Shown piece by piece: positions 1-39,814 of a stretch of DNA of 64,000 bases. Within the stretch, counting starts at the first letter, position 1. The number at the start of each line of letters is the position of its first letter. The stretch is from assembly GCA_964035545.1 (NCBI GenBank), contig OZ037769.1:5251929-5315928 (forward strand). The letters are read 5' to 3'. The notes beneath the pieces were generated by a model. The model worked only from the letters and a program-made list of their open reading frames with translations. It was not told the origin of the DNA and ran no database searches. The DNA is from Bugula neritina (lineage: Eukaryota; Animalia; Bryozoa). The translations under genes and the position numbers were made by a program.

Positions 1-9392
<9,392 letters not shown>

Positions 9393-10659
9393 AATATAAC
9401 ATCATAAGTACAAGAAAAAAAGGTTTAAAGTGACGTCTATACACAATTGATGACAGACTGTTGATGGGTTATGTTTTCAACTGGTGTGACTAAAAATATG
9501 ATGTGTTGTCTAAATACTGTGATTTTCAAATTTAATACAAAATGGTGTACATTTTGCTTTGAATGAGATATATGGTTACTTGATTTTTAGTTAGAGTTAT
9601 GCTACCTTCTGTCAAAACTAATAATTTAATTGCTGGAAATTAATTGACAGAATCACTAAATTAAGATAGTTATATATATTTTGTCTAGTTGGCAGATTGT
9701 GTTGCTTCTGCAGTTACAATGTTTTCATGGTTTTAGGCCAAATATTTTATATATGATAAAATATAATAATAGGCTGCTAAAATCTCTTTAAACTGACTAC
9801 TATGTTACATTTTATTGAAAGAATATTATTAAAATATCTGATAATGTGTGCAACTCAACTAAATTCTAGCTCGAAGAAAATATTTAACAGAAAAGGGATG
9901 ACAACTACCATTATAAACTTCATTAAAATATACATACTTGCGTAATTGGTATTAGCAGCGTGAAGGTAATGGTGCATATGTATAGTGTAGCCTGAAGGTT
10001 TTGTGACGAAAGCTTTCTGCAGGTGATTTAAATATGACCACACATTAGCATCTCATGCTGATTGAAATTTGATCAAAAACATTTTCATAATAAGCTTCTT
10101 CATGTTGCATAAAACTGTGTATATAATGGTTTGTTAGCTGAATTATATTTTGTCAACAACACATATATAGCAAGTTGCGGCATATATTAGAATCAGCTGC
10201 ATGATAGGATATAAAAGTGTCAATGTGAACAAATCATCTGGGACTATATATAGGTTGTTAAGTTTATCACTTTGTAGTATTCATGTATCTTGTGCTTGTC
10301 AACAATTTGAAAGGCTGTATAGAATTTATATGATGAATGCTAATAATTGTAAAGATGCAGTCAACTGATTAGTAGTGGGCAAAGGTCTATAGTGTTACAT
10401 TAAGGTGCTTATAGTTGTGCTAGAATATATAAAATTGTGTTTGAAATAGCTTTGTTGTTTTATACAATATTTTGTTTTGCGAACATTCATCGCTACATTT
10501 ATTGCTGTATTGTATTGAACACAATACCAACCATTCATGCATATACATTTTATGAATGGAATGTTAACCATTTCACGTTCAGTGTTCACATATGTAGACA
10601 CCACCTATACAGTGTACAAAGCGACTCGTAAAATATTTATTCATGCATAGAAAGGTTAA

Positions 10660-10711
10660 ACCGTGCTTCAATCTTGATGAAGAGTTGCCAGTAAAGTAAG
10701 CTGCAATACAG
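10660..10711 (+). other. Probable non-coding 5' exon of GALNT copy 2 (paralogue at ~32159-32209 for copy 3)
   Basis: Conserved block ending ctgcaatacag|gtaaaa upstream of both copies 2 and 3. Each first coding exon has an acceptor upstream of its ATG (cttag 14245, tttag 35527). The 5' limit is uncertain. Confidence 0.5.
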
Positions 10712-12507
10712 GTAAAAGTAATTATTGTATATTTATTATCTTATTCTTACTTTTTACTTTTGATAAGCTTATTCCTATAACAAGATGATTATAATTCAAA
10801 CTTTATTTATCACACATAAACAAACAAATATAGTTAGTATAGTCAAACGATTTTCAGCTCTCTGGACTCATATTTGTGTTACTTATATAAGTAAATAACG
10901 TCATTATGTAATATATATTATGTGTGTGCGTATGTATGTACGTATGCTGATTGTCAATCTAGTAGGAGTTGCAGCAAAGCAAAGTGCTCAGTATCACTGG
11001 TGATAGAGCTAATATATTCTAGTACTCCAGATTGATAAAGACATATGTATAATATATTTTATTTAAAAAATCTCACTCCACTAAATAGTTTTGTACAATG
11101 AACTATGCACTTGTCAGGTGTCCAACTAAAAATGAATAAAATGTATAAAGCGTGTGGGTTATAAAAGGATTAGACTTTAAAAGCTAGTTCTTTCAATAGA
11201 AAAAAACTAATTTATCATAGGTAATAAGATAGTTAAGAATTGCTGTGGCTCAAGTATCATTATGTTATATTGCTCAGCTAGTGTTTTCGTGCATGCCTGC
11301 ATGTATGTAGATAAAATATCATTTCTATTATCAAGGGAAAATTTACTATAAGACTGGTATACTATGACATATATTTTCCATTGGCAGAGGTTGCACTGCT
11401 TAGTAACTATTTTGTATAAATTGATCTTTTTCAGAAATTTCCATGTTTTGTGAAAATTAGTGCTTTTGTCTTTCTTTTCCCAGATGTGTTTGCTCAGTTT
11501 GCTGTGGTTCTTTTTGTTTTTTGTTTGTTAAAAGTTGGTTTGTGGTTATATAATCTGGTTTTGAATTCTGTTTCTGATATTCCTTCGTAAGTTTGGGGTA
11601 GATTGCCGTCTTTGGTTGTAACTGTATTTTGGTATATGAAACACTTGGCGAGGCATTTTTGTCTAGTTGGCACACTGTGTTGCTTTTGCAGTTATATTTT
11701 TAAGAAGATCAGATTGCTGGGTTGAGTAATCTTTGATTGTGACTGTTGATTATGTTGTTTAGATTTCTGCAGCAAATCACAAACTTTAGTATTTTTAACA
11801 AAAACAATATAAAACTCAGTTATAGCTGTGACATACTGATCAAATGCTGGAGAGCCTGCCTGTAGAAGTCACAATTTTCAGAGAAACTTATTATAAAGTA
11901 AGCACATAGCCGTGAATTTCAACAAGCACCTACGCACTGGCATTCCAAAAAAAGGTCAAGCTTTTAAACATGTTAAGCAAACAAATATTATAATTATAGT
12001 TGAAATGGCTAAAAACTTTAAATTATGACAAATACTAAAAAACTAACCTGTGTGTTTTTAAGTTAATTGCTACTCACACTCCTTTGTTTATTAATTATAT
12101 TATATTGTAATTTATTGTAATTGATGTGATGAAACATGTAGTGCTAGCCACTACTATTACTACTAGCTGTTAGTTCAAAGTTCACGCCAAACATCAGGAT
12201 GCCAAAGCAAATCCCCCTAGGGCCTAGACACACTTTCTCCTCATTCACACTTCGCCATGCACATCGTACGCCGTAAGCAGCAAATGGCAGCTACGTATTT
12301 TTACAAATGTCCGAGCTTCCTGTACAATCTTTCAGTGTACAGTGTACATGATTCAATAATGTTGCGGCAGGCTATTATTGGACATGAAGACTTTTCGCAT
12401 GAATTCATTTAATCCAAATGTCCATTAAGGTGTCATATATCAGACTCAACAGCTCACTTTAAGAACTTCGCCCTGGACAGATAAAAAATGGCGAAATTTT
12501 TACGTAA

Positions 12508-13109
12508 ACCCCTGTTCACACTTTGTGATACCCTGCGCCGTAACAGCAAATTCCTGCCATCTTTGGTAACATCTGGGCTGAATCTTTCTAGTGCTTGATT
12601 CAAAGTCATTATAATAATAGAGAAGTAGCAGGAGAGTTGTCTTTGCGGTTTTTTACACGTTTTTGAGGTGCTAGAATACACCTTAGTGCCCTGCCACACA
12701 CAGTGCGTGTGTTGCAAGTGCAAAAAATTATTAGCCAATGATGTTAGCATTAAACTTTACTGCTCGCCTAGGGACGTTTGTTTTTGAAATTACGTCGTCG
12801 GCAAAGTGACTCAATTAGATTACATTAAATTATAAAAGCAGAAATGCAAATTATATGAAACTGTTTTAATTGAGTTCCCTAAAAACTAAAACATGAATTG
12901 AAATAAAAGAAATGTGCTTGCTAAATAATAATGAGCCAATTAGATTAAACAGGCACGAGCTTGACGCTGAGATCGCTCAGCATGCTAGATGCATAAAAAA
13001 CCCGCTTGTGTAAAACCCGTCGTGTGGCCTCCAAAAGCACGTATACAGTGGAGTTTCAACTGTAGTCTGTCAATACAGCCTATAATACGGCCAAGTGTGA
13101 AAAGGGGGT
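12508..13109. mobile_element. MITE, PIF/Harbinger-like
   Basis: TIRs acccctgttcacactt / aagtgtgaaaagggggt, flanked by TAA/TAG. The internal part 12735-13030 recurs at ~20405-20720, and a piece recurs inverted at ~19855-19880. Confidence 0.55.
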
Positions 13110-14279
13110 TAGGAGTAAAGGACAACTAGCAGTCATTGAGTAGGCAGCAATCAAGCAATGCAATGACCTATTTAACTAAAATGTTATGCTAAACCAACAC
13201 TGAATGCTCAATTGACTATTTATAGATACTTATTGGACTATGCTACTTTTACTACTTTATTAATTATATGTTGTGTGATAACTTTACACAAGTATAGTAA
13301 ATCATTGTACAATGTACAATGTGCCTGTTTGAGTATCTTCCATTTGATTGCATAATATATTTTTTTCTTTAAGGTTCTAGATATGTTTGCACAATGTCAT
13401 AGTATTTCTCTTGGTTCTATTTTTAAAACTTGTTAATGGATGCGTGTGCGTGTGTGTGCAAGTATCGAGTTATGACTACAATATTAATGAGTCCATAAGG
13501 CCATAGAACTCCATAAACCTTACACATCTATGAAGTTAATCTATTTGTGAGTTTATTTACATTTAACCATTACACCACTTGTTATTACCTGTTTGCTGCA
13601 ATTTGCAATTGAACATATCAATAAAATATGATTGTTAATTAGACCGTAAGTTGCTCTACAACAATAATTGGTAACTATTTATGTAGTAGCAGCTGGCGTA
13701 TGTGTAGCAGTAGTCTTAGACTGTACGCTTACTAAATGTCTCTGTGAAAACAAAGAGTTACATTAGCTTGCTAGATATAAGGCATATATATATTATATAT
13801 TTTCAAACATTCCGTTAGAAACTTGCAACAGCTACAAGTTAATTAATATTCTTTCAAAATCAAATCTTAAACTGAACTTCTTAAATCAGCTTTGCTAAAT
13901 CAATAAAACTGTAATCATTTGTTATTAAACAATGAGTTGAAACTACTCACTGCTTCAGAAAATGTGCTATCCTGGAAAATAATTTACCATTTTGCATTTA
14001 TAGAATTTAATTATTATTTTTCGCACGAGATGATTTCATGCTGCTGCCTTAATTAGGTAGGTAAGGGCTAACAAGTACGTGAACATATTAGAAACAAAAA
14101 TATAGGTAATTGGATATGACAAGTATTAAACGTTGAGGATAAGTCCATGCAGAGGAAGTATGGCTTTAAGCAAAAAAATTAAGCTGTCAAGTAAAACATT
14201 TAGTAGCAGAAATTGCTTTGAATACGCTTTTAATTTTACCCTTAGAGATACCCCTTGGTCAATAACCTGAGCCTTGGGA

Positions 14280-30857
<16,578 letters not shown>

Positions 30858-31336
30858 AATATAACATCAAAGATACAAGAAAAAAAAAGTTTAAAGTGGC
30901 TCTACACTTGATGAAAAGCTGTTGATGGGTTATGTTTCCATCTGGTGCGGCTATAACAATTGAGATGTTGTTTAAATATTGTGATATACAAATTTATTAT
31001 AAAAAGTGTGCACACACTTTGATTTGAATGATATTATTATGATCACTTAATTTGTAGTTGGAGTTATGCTACCTTCTGTCAAAACTGACCATTTAATTGC
31101 TAAAGATCAAATTGTAAAAACTGATCATTTAATTGCTAAAAATCAAATTGACAGAATTACTAAATAAAGATAGTGCATAAGACTTTTGGAATAATAACAT
31201 ACATATTATTATAGTTGCCATTTTTAAACGGATAGTGTTTATGGGCTGCATATAATAAAGTTCTTCAAAATTGGCTTCATGACTTTTTGGCCCATATGAT
31301 GAAAAAACCAGTTTATTTTTCACTCTGAATTATTAT

Positions 31337-31451
31337 CACCGTAGAATATCCATAGTTGACATGCTTTCACTTTCTTTGTTGTGTAACTCATTCTATTATT
31401 TTTTAGTCATTAAGGAAATTCAAAATGCAGCGAATATATGAATTAAAGTTC

Positions 31452-31537
<86 letters not shown>

Positions 31538-31663
31538 ATATACACATCAAACTTTAATTCATATATTCGCTGCATTTTAAATTTCCTTAATGACTAAAAA
31601 CTAATAGAATGAGTTACACAACAAAGAAAGTGAAAGCCCATCAACTATGGAATTTCTACCGTG
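31337..31663. repeat. Foldback: ~120-bp inverted arms around a (TA)n core
   Basis: 31337-31455 is the near-perfect reverse complement of ~31544-31663, and the spacer is (TA)n. Confidence 0.9.
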
Positions 31664-32492
31664 CATGAAAGCTTTCTGCATGTGGTTTCATAATAAACTT
31701 CTTCATGTTGCATAAAACTGTGTATATAATGGTGTTTTGACAAGGTATATAGCAAGTTGTGGCATATATTGGACTCAGCTGCATGATAGGATATAAAAGT
31801 GTCTATTGTAAACAAATCATTTGAGACTATCATACAATCTGGTTAAGTTAGCATCCTTTAGTATTCTTACATTGAAAGGCTGTATATAAAATGTATAAAC
31901 AGCTGTGATCTAAAAGGCTATATGATAAATGCTGAAATATGTAAGTACACTCAATCGGCTAATAGTGGCTTAGTGTGCACAGTGTTAAATGAAAATGCTC
32001 ATCGTTGTGTTACAATAGGTAGAATGTTGTTTTGAGCAGTATTATGTTCATAGTACTCATGCATTCATGTTTAAACTTATTGCTGTATTAAGTATGTATA
32101 ACACAATGCAAGTTTACCAACTTTTGATACATATCAATTTTTTAAATGGAATATTAAACCATGCTTCAATGTTGAAGAAGAGTTGCTAGTAGAGTAAGCT
32201 GCAATACAGGTAAAAATATTTGTTGTACATTTATTATCTTACTTTTTACATTTGTTAAGCTTATTCTCATATACCAGATGATTATGTTTACATTTTGTCT
32301 ATCACACATAAACATACAAATATAGTTAGTAGCAAAATGATAAACAGCTCTTTGGACTCATTGTATTACATATATAGGTAATGACTATTATATAAATATA
32401 TATATATATAAATATATCTTTACGAGCTAGCAATTTGATTACAAATAGGTATACGAGAAACATTGTTATTTATTACTTTATTAGGTAAAGTA

Positions 32493-32541
32493 ATTACACT
32501 GATATTTCGGGTACCACTGTACCCATCTTCAGAGTAGCAAT
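32493..32541 (-). ncRNA. Minimal type I hammerhead ribozyme in the inverted Penelope terminus
   Basis: Minus strand AUUGCUACU-CUGAAGA-U-GGGUAC AGUG GUACCC-GAAA-UAUC-AGUGUAAU, with a perfect stem II. Confidence 0.8.
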
Positions 32542-34913
32542 GAATGAAATTCAAAAATTATTATGTTATGTTAGACGTTATGCATGACACAAAGAATAGA
32601 GAGTGGCAGTTATTGTAAATTATTGAAACTTAAGGGAGATAATCTTATTTTATATATTACGCAGGTCAAAAATTATACTGATTTTTTTGCATAAAAAATT
32701 AATTAGAGTTGACAAAAAAATAGATATCCAAATATAAAAACAGCAAGAATTAGTGAAACTATGTGAGAGTTGAGTAGTAAAGAGCTATTGATATAGTTTT
32801 AGTGGTATGGAGTAATTTTGTTTATTGAGTTGCGGTTTTATTTGTTTAATGTAGAGAGCTTCGGCTACTTTTCGATGGTGGATTCCTTTAAATGAATGAT
32901 TTAAAACTGTTACATTGTCTATTGATATGTTTCCATGATTAGTAGTAGAGATGTGTTGATAAATTTTGGAATTGATGTCATGGCAGTGTTCATGTATCCT
33001 GTGTGATAGGCGATGTCCGGTTTCGCCTACATAGGTTTGTTGACAGGTAGCTTCAGGGCAGGTTATTTTGTAGACTAGGTTGTGAATGTGTTCTTTATTG
33101 GTTTTATCTTTGAGATTAAAATGTGAACTTAAGGAGGTTCTTTTAAATAAAATCCGGGCATTGAGTTCATTTGAAAAAGAGTCTGTAATTAATTTTTCTG
33201 ACACTGACTATAAAAGGATATATCCAACAGGTTCAGCACCTGGAAAATTTTACGGGATGGCCAAAATACACAAACTCAAACAAGGGGATGGTATAGAGAA
33301 GCTACAAATGCGACCAATAATTTCTAACATAGGCACTGCATCATACCAACTTGCGAAATACCTGGCCAAAATGCTAAAACCACTTAGTGAATCTGAAAGT
33401 AATATCGAATCAACCGATAGTTTTCTTAATTAAATACGGCAACTTCATATTCCAGCAAACCATCAACTGATATCATTTGATGTTGTTTCCCTCTTTACTT
33501 CTGTACCACTTGACTACACGATTTCAGCAATCATAAATGATATTTATGAGAAACAACGAATCCAAACAACTATACCAAAGAAGAAAATGATAAACTTACT
33601 CAACCTTTGTACAAAACAAGTTCACTTTACTTTCAACGACATCATTTATACACAGACGGATGGTGTTGCTATGGGATCTCCTCTAGGACCAATAATTGCG
33701 AATATATTCATGACAAAACTAGAACAGAAAGTAATACCAAAGTTGAATTCAATGTCACCTTGGGTGAGATACATAGATGACACATTTGCAACAATAGACC
33801 CTGATTATATTAACACAACACTCAACACACTTAATAATTTTCATCCTAACATAAAATTTACTCACGAACTAGAAACCAATAAATCACTTTCTTTTCTGGA
33901 TGTTACAGTCTTGCGACACAATAGCTCAGTGGAAACCACAGTATTCCGCAAACCAACACATAACGATACATATTTACATTGGAACTCTTTCTCACTAAAA
34001 ACGTGGAGGCTAAGCACACTCAAGTCACTAGTATTAAGGGCTAATAAAATCTGTTCTACTCCAGCACTTAAGACCCAAGAACTAAACTATATTCGAAATG
34101 TTTTTGAACATAAAAATGGTTACCCTAAATATGTAATAGAGAAAACTATTAACAACATTGGTGACGGACTACTCAGTGAAAAAGACAACAGGAAACACAT
34201 TTTACTTCAGCTGCCTTATAAAGGAGTAACAGGAGAAAAACTAATCCGCTCCCTCAATAAATTAATTACAGACTCTTTTTCAAATGAACTCAATGCCCGG
34301 ATTTTATTTAAAGGAACCCCCTTAAGTTCACATTTTAATCTCAAAGATAAAACCAATAAAGAACACATTCACAACCTAGTCTACAAAATAACCTGCCCTG
34401 AAGCTACCTGTCAACAAACCTATGTAGGCGAAACCGGACGTCGCCTATCACACAGGATACATGAACACTGCCATGACATCAATTCCAAAATTTATCAACA
34501 CATCTCTACTACTAATCATGGAAACATATCAATAGACAATGTAACAGTTTTAAATCATTCATTTAAAGGAATCCACCATCGAAAAGTAGCCGAAGCTCTC
34601 TACATTAAACAAATAAAACCGTAACTCAATAAACAAAATTACTCCATACCACTAAAACTATATCAATAGCTCCTTACTACTCAACTCTCACATAGTTTCA
34701 CTAATTCTTGCTGTTTTTATATTTGCATATCTATTTTTTTTGTCAACTCTAATTTATTTTTTATGCAAAAAAATCAGTATAATTTTTGACCTGCGTAATA
34801 TATAAAATAAGATTATCTCCCTTAAGTTTCAATAATTTACAATAACTGCCACTCTCTATTCTTTGTGTCATGCATAACGTCTAACATAACATAATAATTT
34901 TTGAATTTCATTC

Positions 34914-34962
34914 ATTGCTACTCTGAAGATGGGTACAGTGGTGCCCGAAATATCAGTGTAAT
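34914..34962 (+). ncRNA. Minimal type I hammerhead ribozyme in the Penelope pseudo-LTR
   Basis: CUGAAGA core at 34923-34929; stem II GGGUAC/GUGCCC; GAAA at 34947-34950; palindromic AUAU stem III; predicted cleavage after C34954; stem I AUUGC(U)ACU/AGUGUAAU. Confidence 0.8.
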
Positions 34963-35008
34963 TACTTTACCTAATAAAGTAATAAATAACAATGTTTCTC
35001 GTATACCT

Positions 35009-35010
<2 letters not shown>

Positions 35011-35092
<82 letters not shown>

Positions 35093-35200
35093 ATTGTATC
35101 GTGAGATTTTTAAAAAACAGCGATAATAAATTATATATATATATATACATATATATATATAATTTATATATATAATTTATATATTTATATATATATATAT
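35011..35200. repeat. (TA)n microsatellite tracts
   Basis: TA runs at 35011-35088 and ~35132-35200. Confidence 0.95.
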
Positions 35201-35567
35201 ATTTGAAATTATTGAATTAACTTATTTAAAGCTACGGAATAACTACTATGCTATGTAAAAAACAATGTAAATATCGTAAAACGATAGTAAAGCACTGGAA
35301 AGATTGGGTTATGATTTCTAATGAAGATTTCGTTGCATGCTTACATATAGACACCAGCTCTTGTTTATTGTTTAATGATGAAACTGCTTGTTTGAACACA
35401 ACACAGTATTTCTCCTACGCTCATGTCATGGAATGCTCTTTGAAGAAAACTCAGTGAAAATTAAGCCATAAACTAAAACATTAAATCGCTAACATTGTTT
35501 TAAATATGTTTTTAAATTTATCTTTAGGATTATCACTTGCTCAATAATCTGTGCTTTGGGACTGATA

Positions 35568-38500
35568 ATGAGAGTTCTTTACAGGAGAAAATGCATGCTT
35601 CATCGCAAATACGTGTTTGTCATTCTACTGGTATTGATTATGATTAGCTTGATGTTAATGCTATCTGCTGATAACCCTGAGTTTGAAAGGTAAATGTTTA
35701 ATATCTAATCTACATATATAAACAAATTAAATACCATATGTCATGTAATGGTAAATATTTTGCTACTTAGACTATTGGATAATTTACACCATTTAGACAT
35801 TGTTTAGTATTTAATGACAGGGATGATGTTAGATCAACACTTTTAAAGAACTTCTTTGACCAATCAGAAGCCAGTAGAGGACAGAAATCTGGCATTACCA
35901 AACCTCAAAATCTCAACAGGACTAATAAATCATCTGAACATGGCAACAAGCCAGAAACTGGCCTTGAAGAATCTGTTGTGTCAAAATCCAACTCTGTCAG
36001 AAGTAAATTACCAAAAACTCTAAGGCTAATAACAGAGTTGACAAGTGATCCAAATGCCCCAGGTAAAAACTCGAGGTGGTAACTTGTGACAGTTGACTGA
36101 TAACTTCTAGTTTTAACAACAACCCTGCTCAGCCGATTGAATTAGAATTTTCTATAAAATACCAAAGTCACCACAGAACAATTTTAAACTCTGTTTTGAG
36201 CACTAACTTTAACTCTGGGCCTTGTATAGTATAATACTTGTTGCTTACTTCTAAGCTACATTGACAGGAGCACCATCTTCTCTGCCATTCGCACTTTTTT
36301 TCTCACATAGCCATTAATCTGAAAACAGATTTCCTTTGCTAAACTACTGACATATTTATACACAATGTTATTTCATTTTTCCTTCAGTATGCTGGCCTCT
36401 AATATGCCCTAAACATGGTTCTCTTGAGTTATTTTGCGATTTTTTGCTTTCATTCGATATAATATTGTTCGCCTAGTAGATTTTGTTCTCCTATAAACGC
36501 CATTTGCAGACCTTTTGGCCAAATCACCCAGCTGCAAAGCATTATTTAGCCAAATTGACCAAGCAATTGCATCACTTTATCTAACCTATAGAAATCATAA
36601 TGTTGAGCTATAATTTCTTTTACTGTAGTATCACAAATGCTATATAATGTAGGAGAGTTTGGTAAAGGTGTGACAATCAACTCAACCAATCTAACAGGGG
36701 AAGAAGCTATAAGATACAAGAAAGGAATTGAAATAACTTCATACAATGAGTATGTGAGTGACATGATTTCTACCAGAAGACATCTGCCTGATTACAGAGA
36801 TCCAGGGTAAGTTTTGTCCACCTAAACTATTACAATATTATGGTCAGTATATGATTATCTATTAATTAACTTCTGTAATAGTTTAGATCAATTTTTATAG
36901 TCAGTAAATTAGTAATTAGTTTATATGATATTTTGTATCTGTCATGAGCTACTGTCTTTTTATAATAGCCGAAAATAAAAGTTTCTAATGAGTTATTAGA
37001 AGTTTTACATACAAATATTTAAACATAGTATATGTTGACTTTAGCATTTATAAAGAAAAGCAATGTAGTTTCCTCGCAAAATCTATCAGTTGTGTATCTT
37101 ACTCTTTAGAACATTAAGCCTATTTTGTAGTTGCAAAGTCAAAATGTATGCTAAAAAATTACCATCCACAAGTCTCATACTTATATTTCATAACGAGGCT
37201 CTCTCAGTACTACTCCGCTCTGTGTACAGCATTATAGACAGAACTAACCCTAAACTCCTCAAGGAAATCATCCTGGTTGATGACTTCTCTAATAGAGGTG
37301 AGTGAACTTTCTGCTATATAGGGTTAGTAAAGTGTCTGTTATTTTTATTCTGATGTCATTTAACCAGCCAGCATACGTGTTTGTCTGCAGCAAAGGTTGG
37401 AAATAGTTAAAAACTGTGCATAATACTTTTCAATCCAGAATACACAAAATGAAATAATTTTAGTATTTTGCTAACTTTACCAATTCAATTTTTGGCAGGA
37501 TTGCATATATGCTATTTATTTAGAAAAAAAAAGTTTCTTTTTGGTGTCATGAAAAATTCTAAACTTTCAAAAGTAATAATATTCCATTGGCATTATTTCT
37601 ATTGTTTTATTCTGAGCGCTAATCTACAAAGCAATTGCTTTCAAATTCACTGAAAAATTGAAACTTTTTAGAATCAGAAACAAAGAAATTTTTTTAAAAA
37701 ATAGAGACTTTTGTTCCTATATATTATATACACGCTAATTAACAATAATTTCATCAAATGAAGATTTTATAATGTGTGGCCTACTATTACTTTGAGTTGT
37801 AGGAAATATTTCAATATTATCTTTTATGTAAAACATGTTTTTTATTTATTAAAAGAGCCGTTACATGCATTAGGTATAAAAGTAAGGAGTTGCTTTTCGA
37901 AGTAAAACAGCATAATAATTGTTTTCAATAAATAAGTTTAGTGTATAGTTTGTAATAATAAACTAATTAAAGTTCACGTGGTACGATGCTGTCATGCACC
38001 TTCAAATATATTATGGTACTGATGTAGCTGGACTGGGGCAAGAACTTGATTACTATATAAAAGATCTGGAGAAAGTCAAAGTTCTTCGTCTAAAGAAAAG
38101 AGAAGGTCTAATCAGAGCCAGGTTGGCTGGTGCTAAAGTTGCTAAAGGTCAAGTTCTCACGTTTTTGACTCTCATATCGAATGTACAGAAGGTGAGCTGC
38201 ATGGCTAAAGTATAAAAATTGAGGTTGAACAAAGTATGGATGCAGTTTTAAGCCAGAATAACTTCCTATAGATTTTATTTTCTTTGCTTTAAATACATTG
38301 GTTTGAAGATAATATTCAGTTAGTTGAAATGCTTTTAATAAATCAAATGGTTGATTTACATCAAAAACTACTTTTTTTAAAAAAAATTAATTTACTAGCT
38401 GATTTAATGAAATGCATTTTTTGTAGTGTATATAACTTTTTACATAGATATTTATTTTATTATAAAATTAATTATTTTTGCAAATGTAAAACTACATGAG

Positions 38501-39738
38501 TATACAAAGTACCATGTAATATGTTTAGCTACACTGTGTCTTATGTTACATATAGGGTGGCTTGAACCATTGCTGCATGAAATAAAAAGAAACAAGACAG
38601 TTGTTACTGTGCCTTCAATAGATGTCATTAAATATGACACCTTTCAGTTTGATCATGCATTGCCTGTTAATATACTGGCAGGAGCGTTTGATTGGACTCT
38701 AAACTTTTATTGGACGTTTGTACCTAAAAGAGAAAATCTACGCCGTGGAAATGATTTAGTAAGCATGAAATCTATCAAACTTATGTTAAATAATTAAGTT
38801 ATCATATTTAGTTTAGTCAGTTTCAACTGACAAAAACAGCTTTTGATTGGCTAATTATATAAGCACACTGACCAATAAAAGCTCAAGTTTTAAATGTTAT
38901 CGATCAATGATATGCGCAAAGACTTCCAAAAATTAATATCAAATATTATGATTTGAAAAGTAATTATTTTTTTTATTATTTTTCATAAAAAGATTACAAA
39001 CAAAAAATTCTGAAACACCCTAAACACTTTTAGAAAACGGAAAATTGGAAAAAAACATTAACCGCTGACTTTTTAGATCCATCAAATTCACAGTTTTCAA
39101 TTTCAATTATCTAGAATTAGCTGTACCAATTGAAAAATATTTTGATAATCATTTGATGTTGTAGTTGGCACCCATAAACACCCCCGTCATGGTTGGAGCT
39201 CTTTTTTCCATAGACCGAGACTATTTCTATAAAATAGGAGCATTTGATGAAGGCATGAATGTTTGGGAGGCGGAACACCTAGACCTGTCATTCCGAGCGT
39301 GGATGTGTGGTGGTAGCGTCGTGATAATTCCCTACTCATCAGTTGGTCACATCAATAAGTATACATATACACATATAGATCATAGTTAAAATTGATCATT
39401 CAGAAATTTAAGAAATATTTCTTGATGAGTTTAGAAAGTCTCTTTGGTATGGTCAAAATATGGTATTAGAATTATTCAGCTTGATCACTATCATAGGCCA
39501 TTTAATATAGTAACACTTGTATTTTCCTTCAGAATGTTTGTATAACAAGTTTGTTATAGACTGTTTAGATTATATAAATCCACGCAAGTTTATAATCACT
39601 ATCCCAGCAAGAAACCCCTGAAAAAAATGCTTTTTTTTAAATTGGGTTAAGGACTTATTCAGATGGTGCACAGGAGCAATTATGACTGGATGCTCTTCCT
39701 AACATCTCTAATATTCTTGACTGGAGTTTGAGCCCATG

Positions 39739-39814
<76 letters not shown>

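Larger units (their letters stand above)
32446..35009 (+). mobile_element. Penelope-like retroelement, 5'-truncated, with an inverted copy of its 3' end
   Basis: RT (PGKFYGMAKIHK, RPIIS, SFDVVSLF, QTDGVAMGSPLGP, RYIDD) and GIY-YIG endonuclease (LVYKITC..YVGETGR..RIHEH) in ~33196-34668, with stops at 33431-33433 and 34622-34624. 32446-33195 is the reverse complement of 34259-35009. The right end abuts (TA)n. Confidence 0.95.

Noticed and set aside
33086-33433. 115-aa ORF as a separate gene
   Set aside because: It is a chimeric read-through across the Penelope inversion junction at ~33195.
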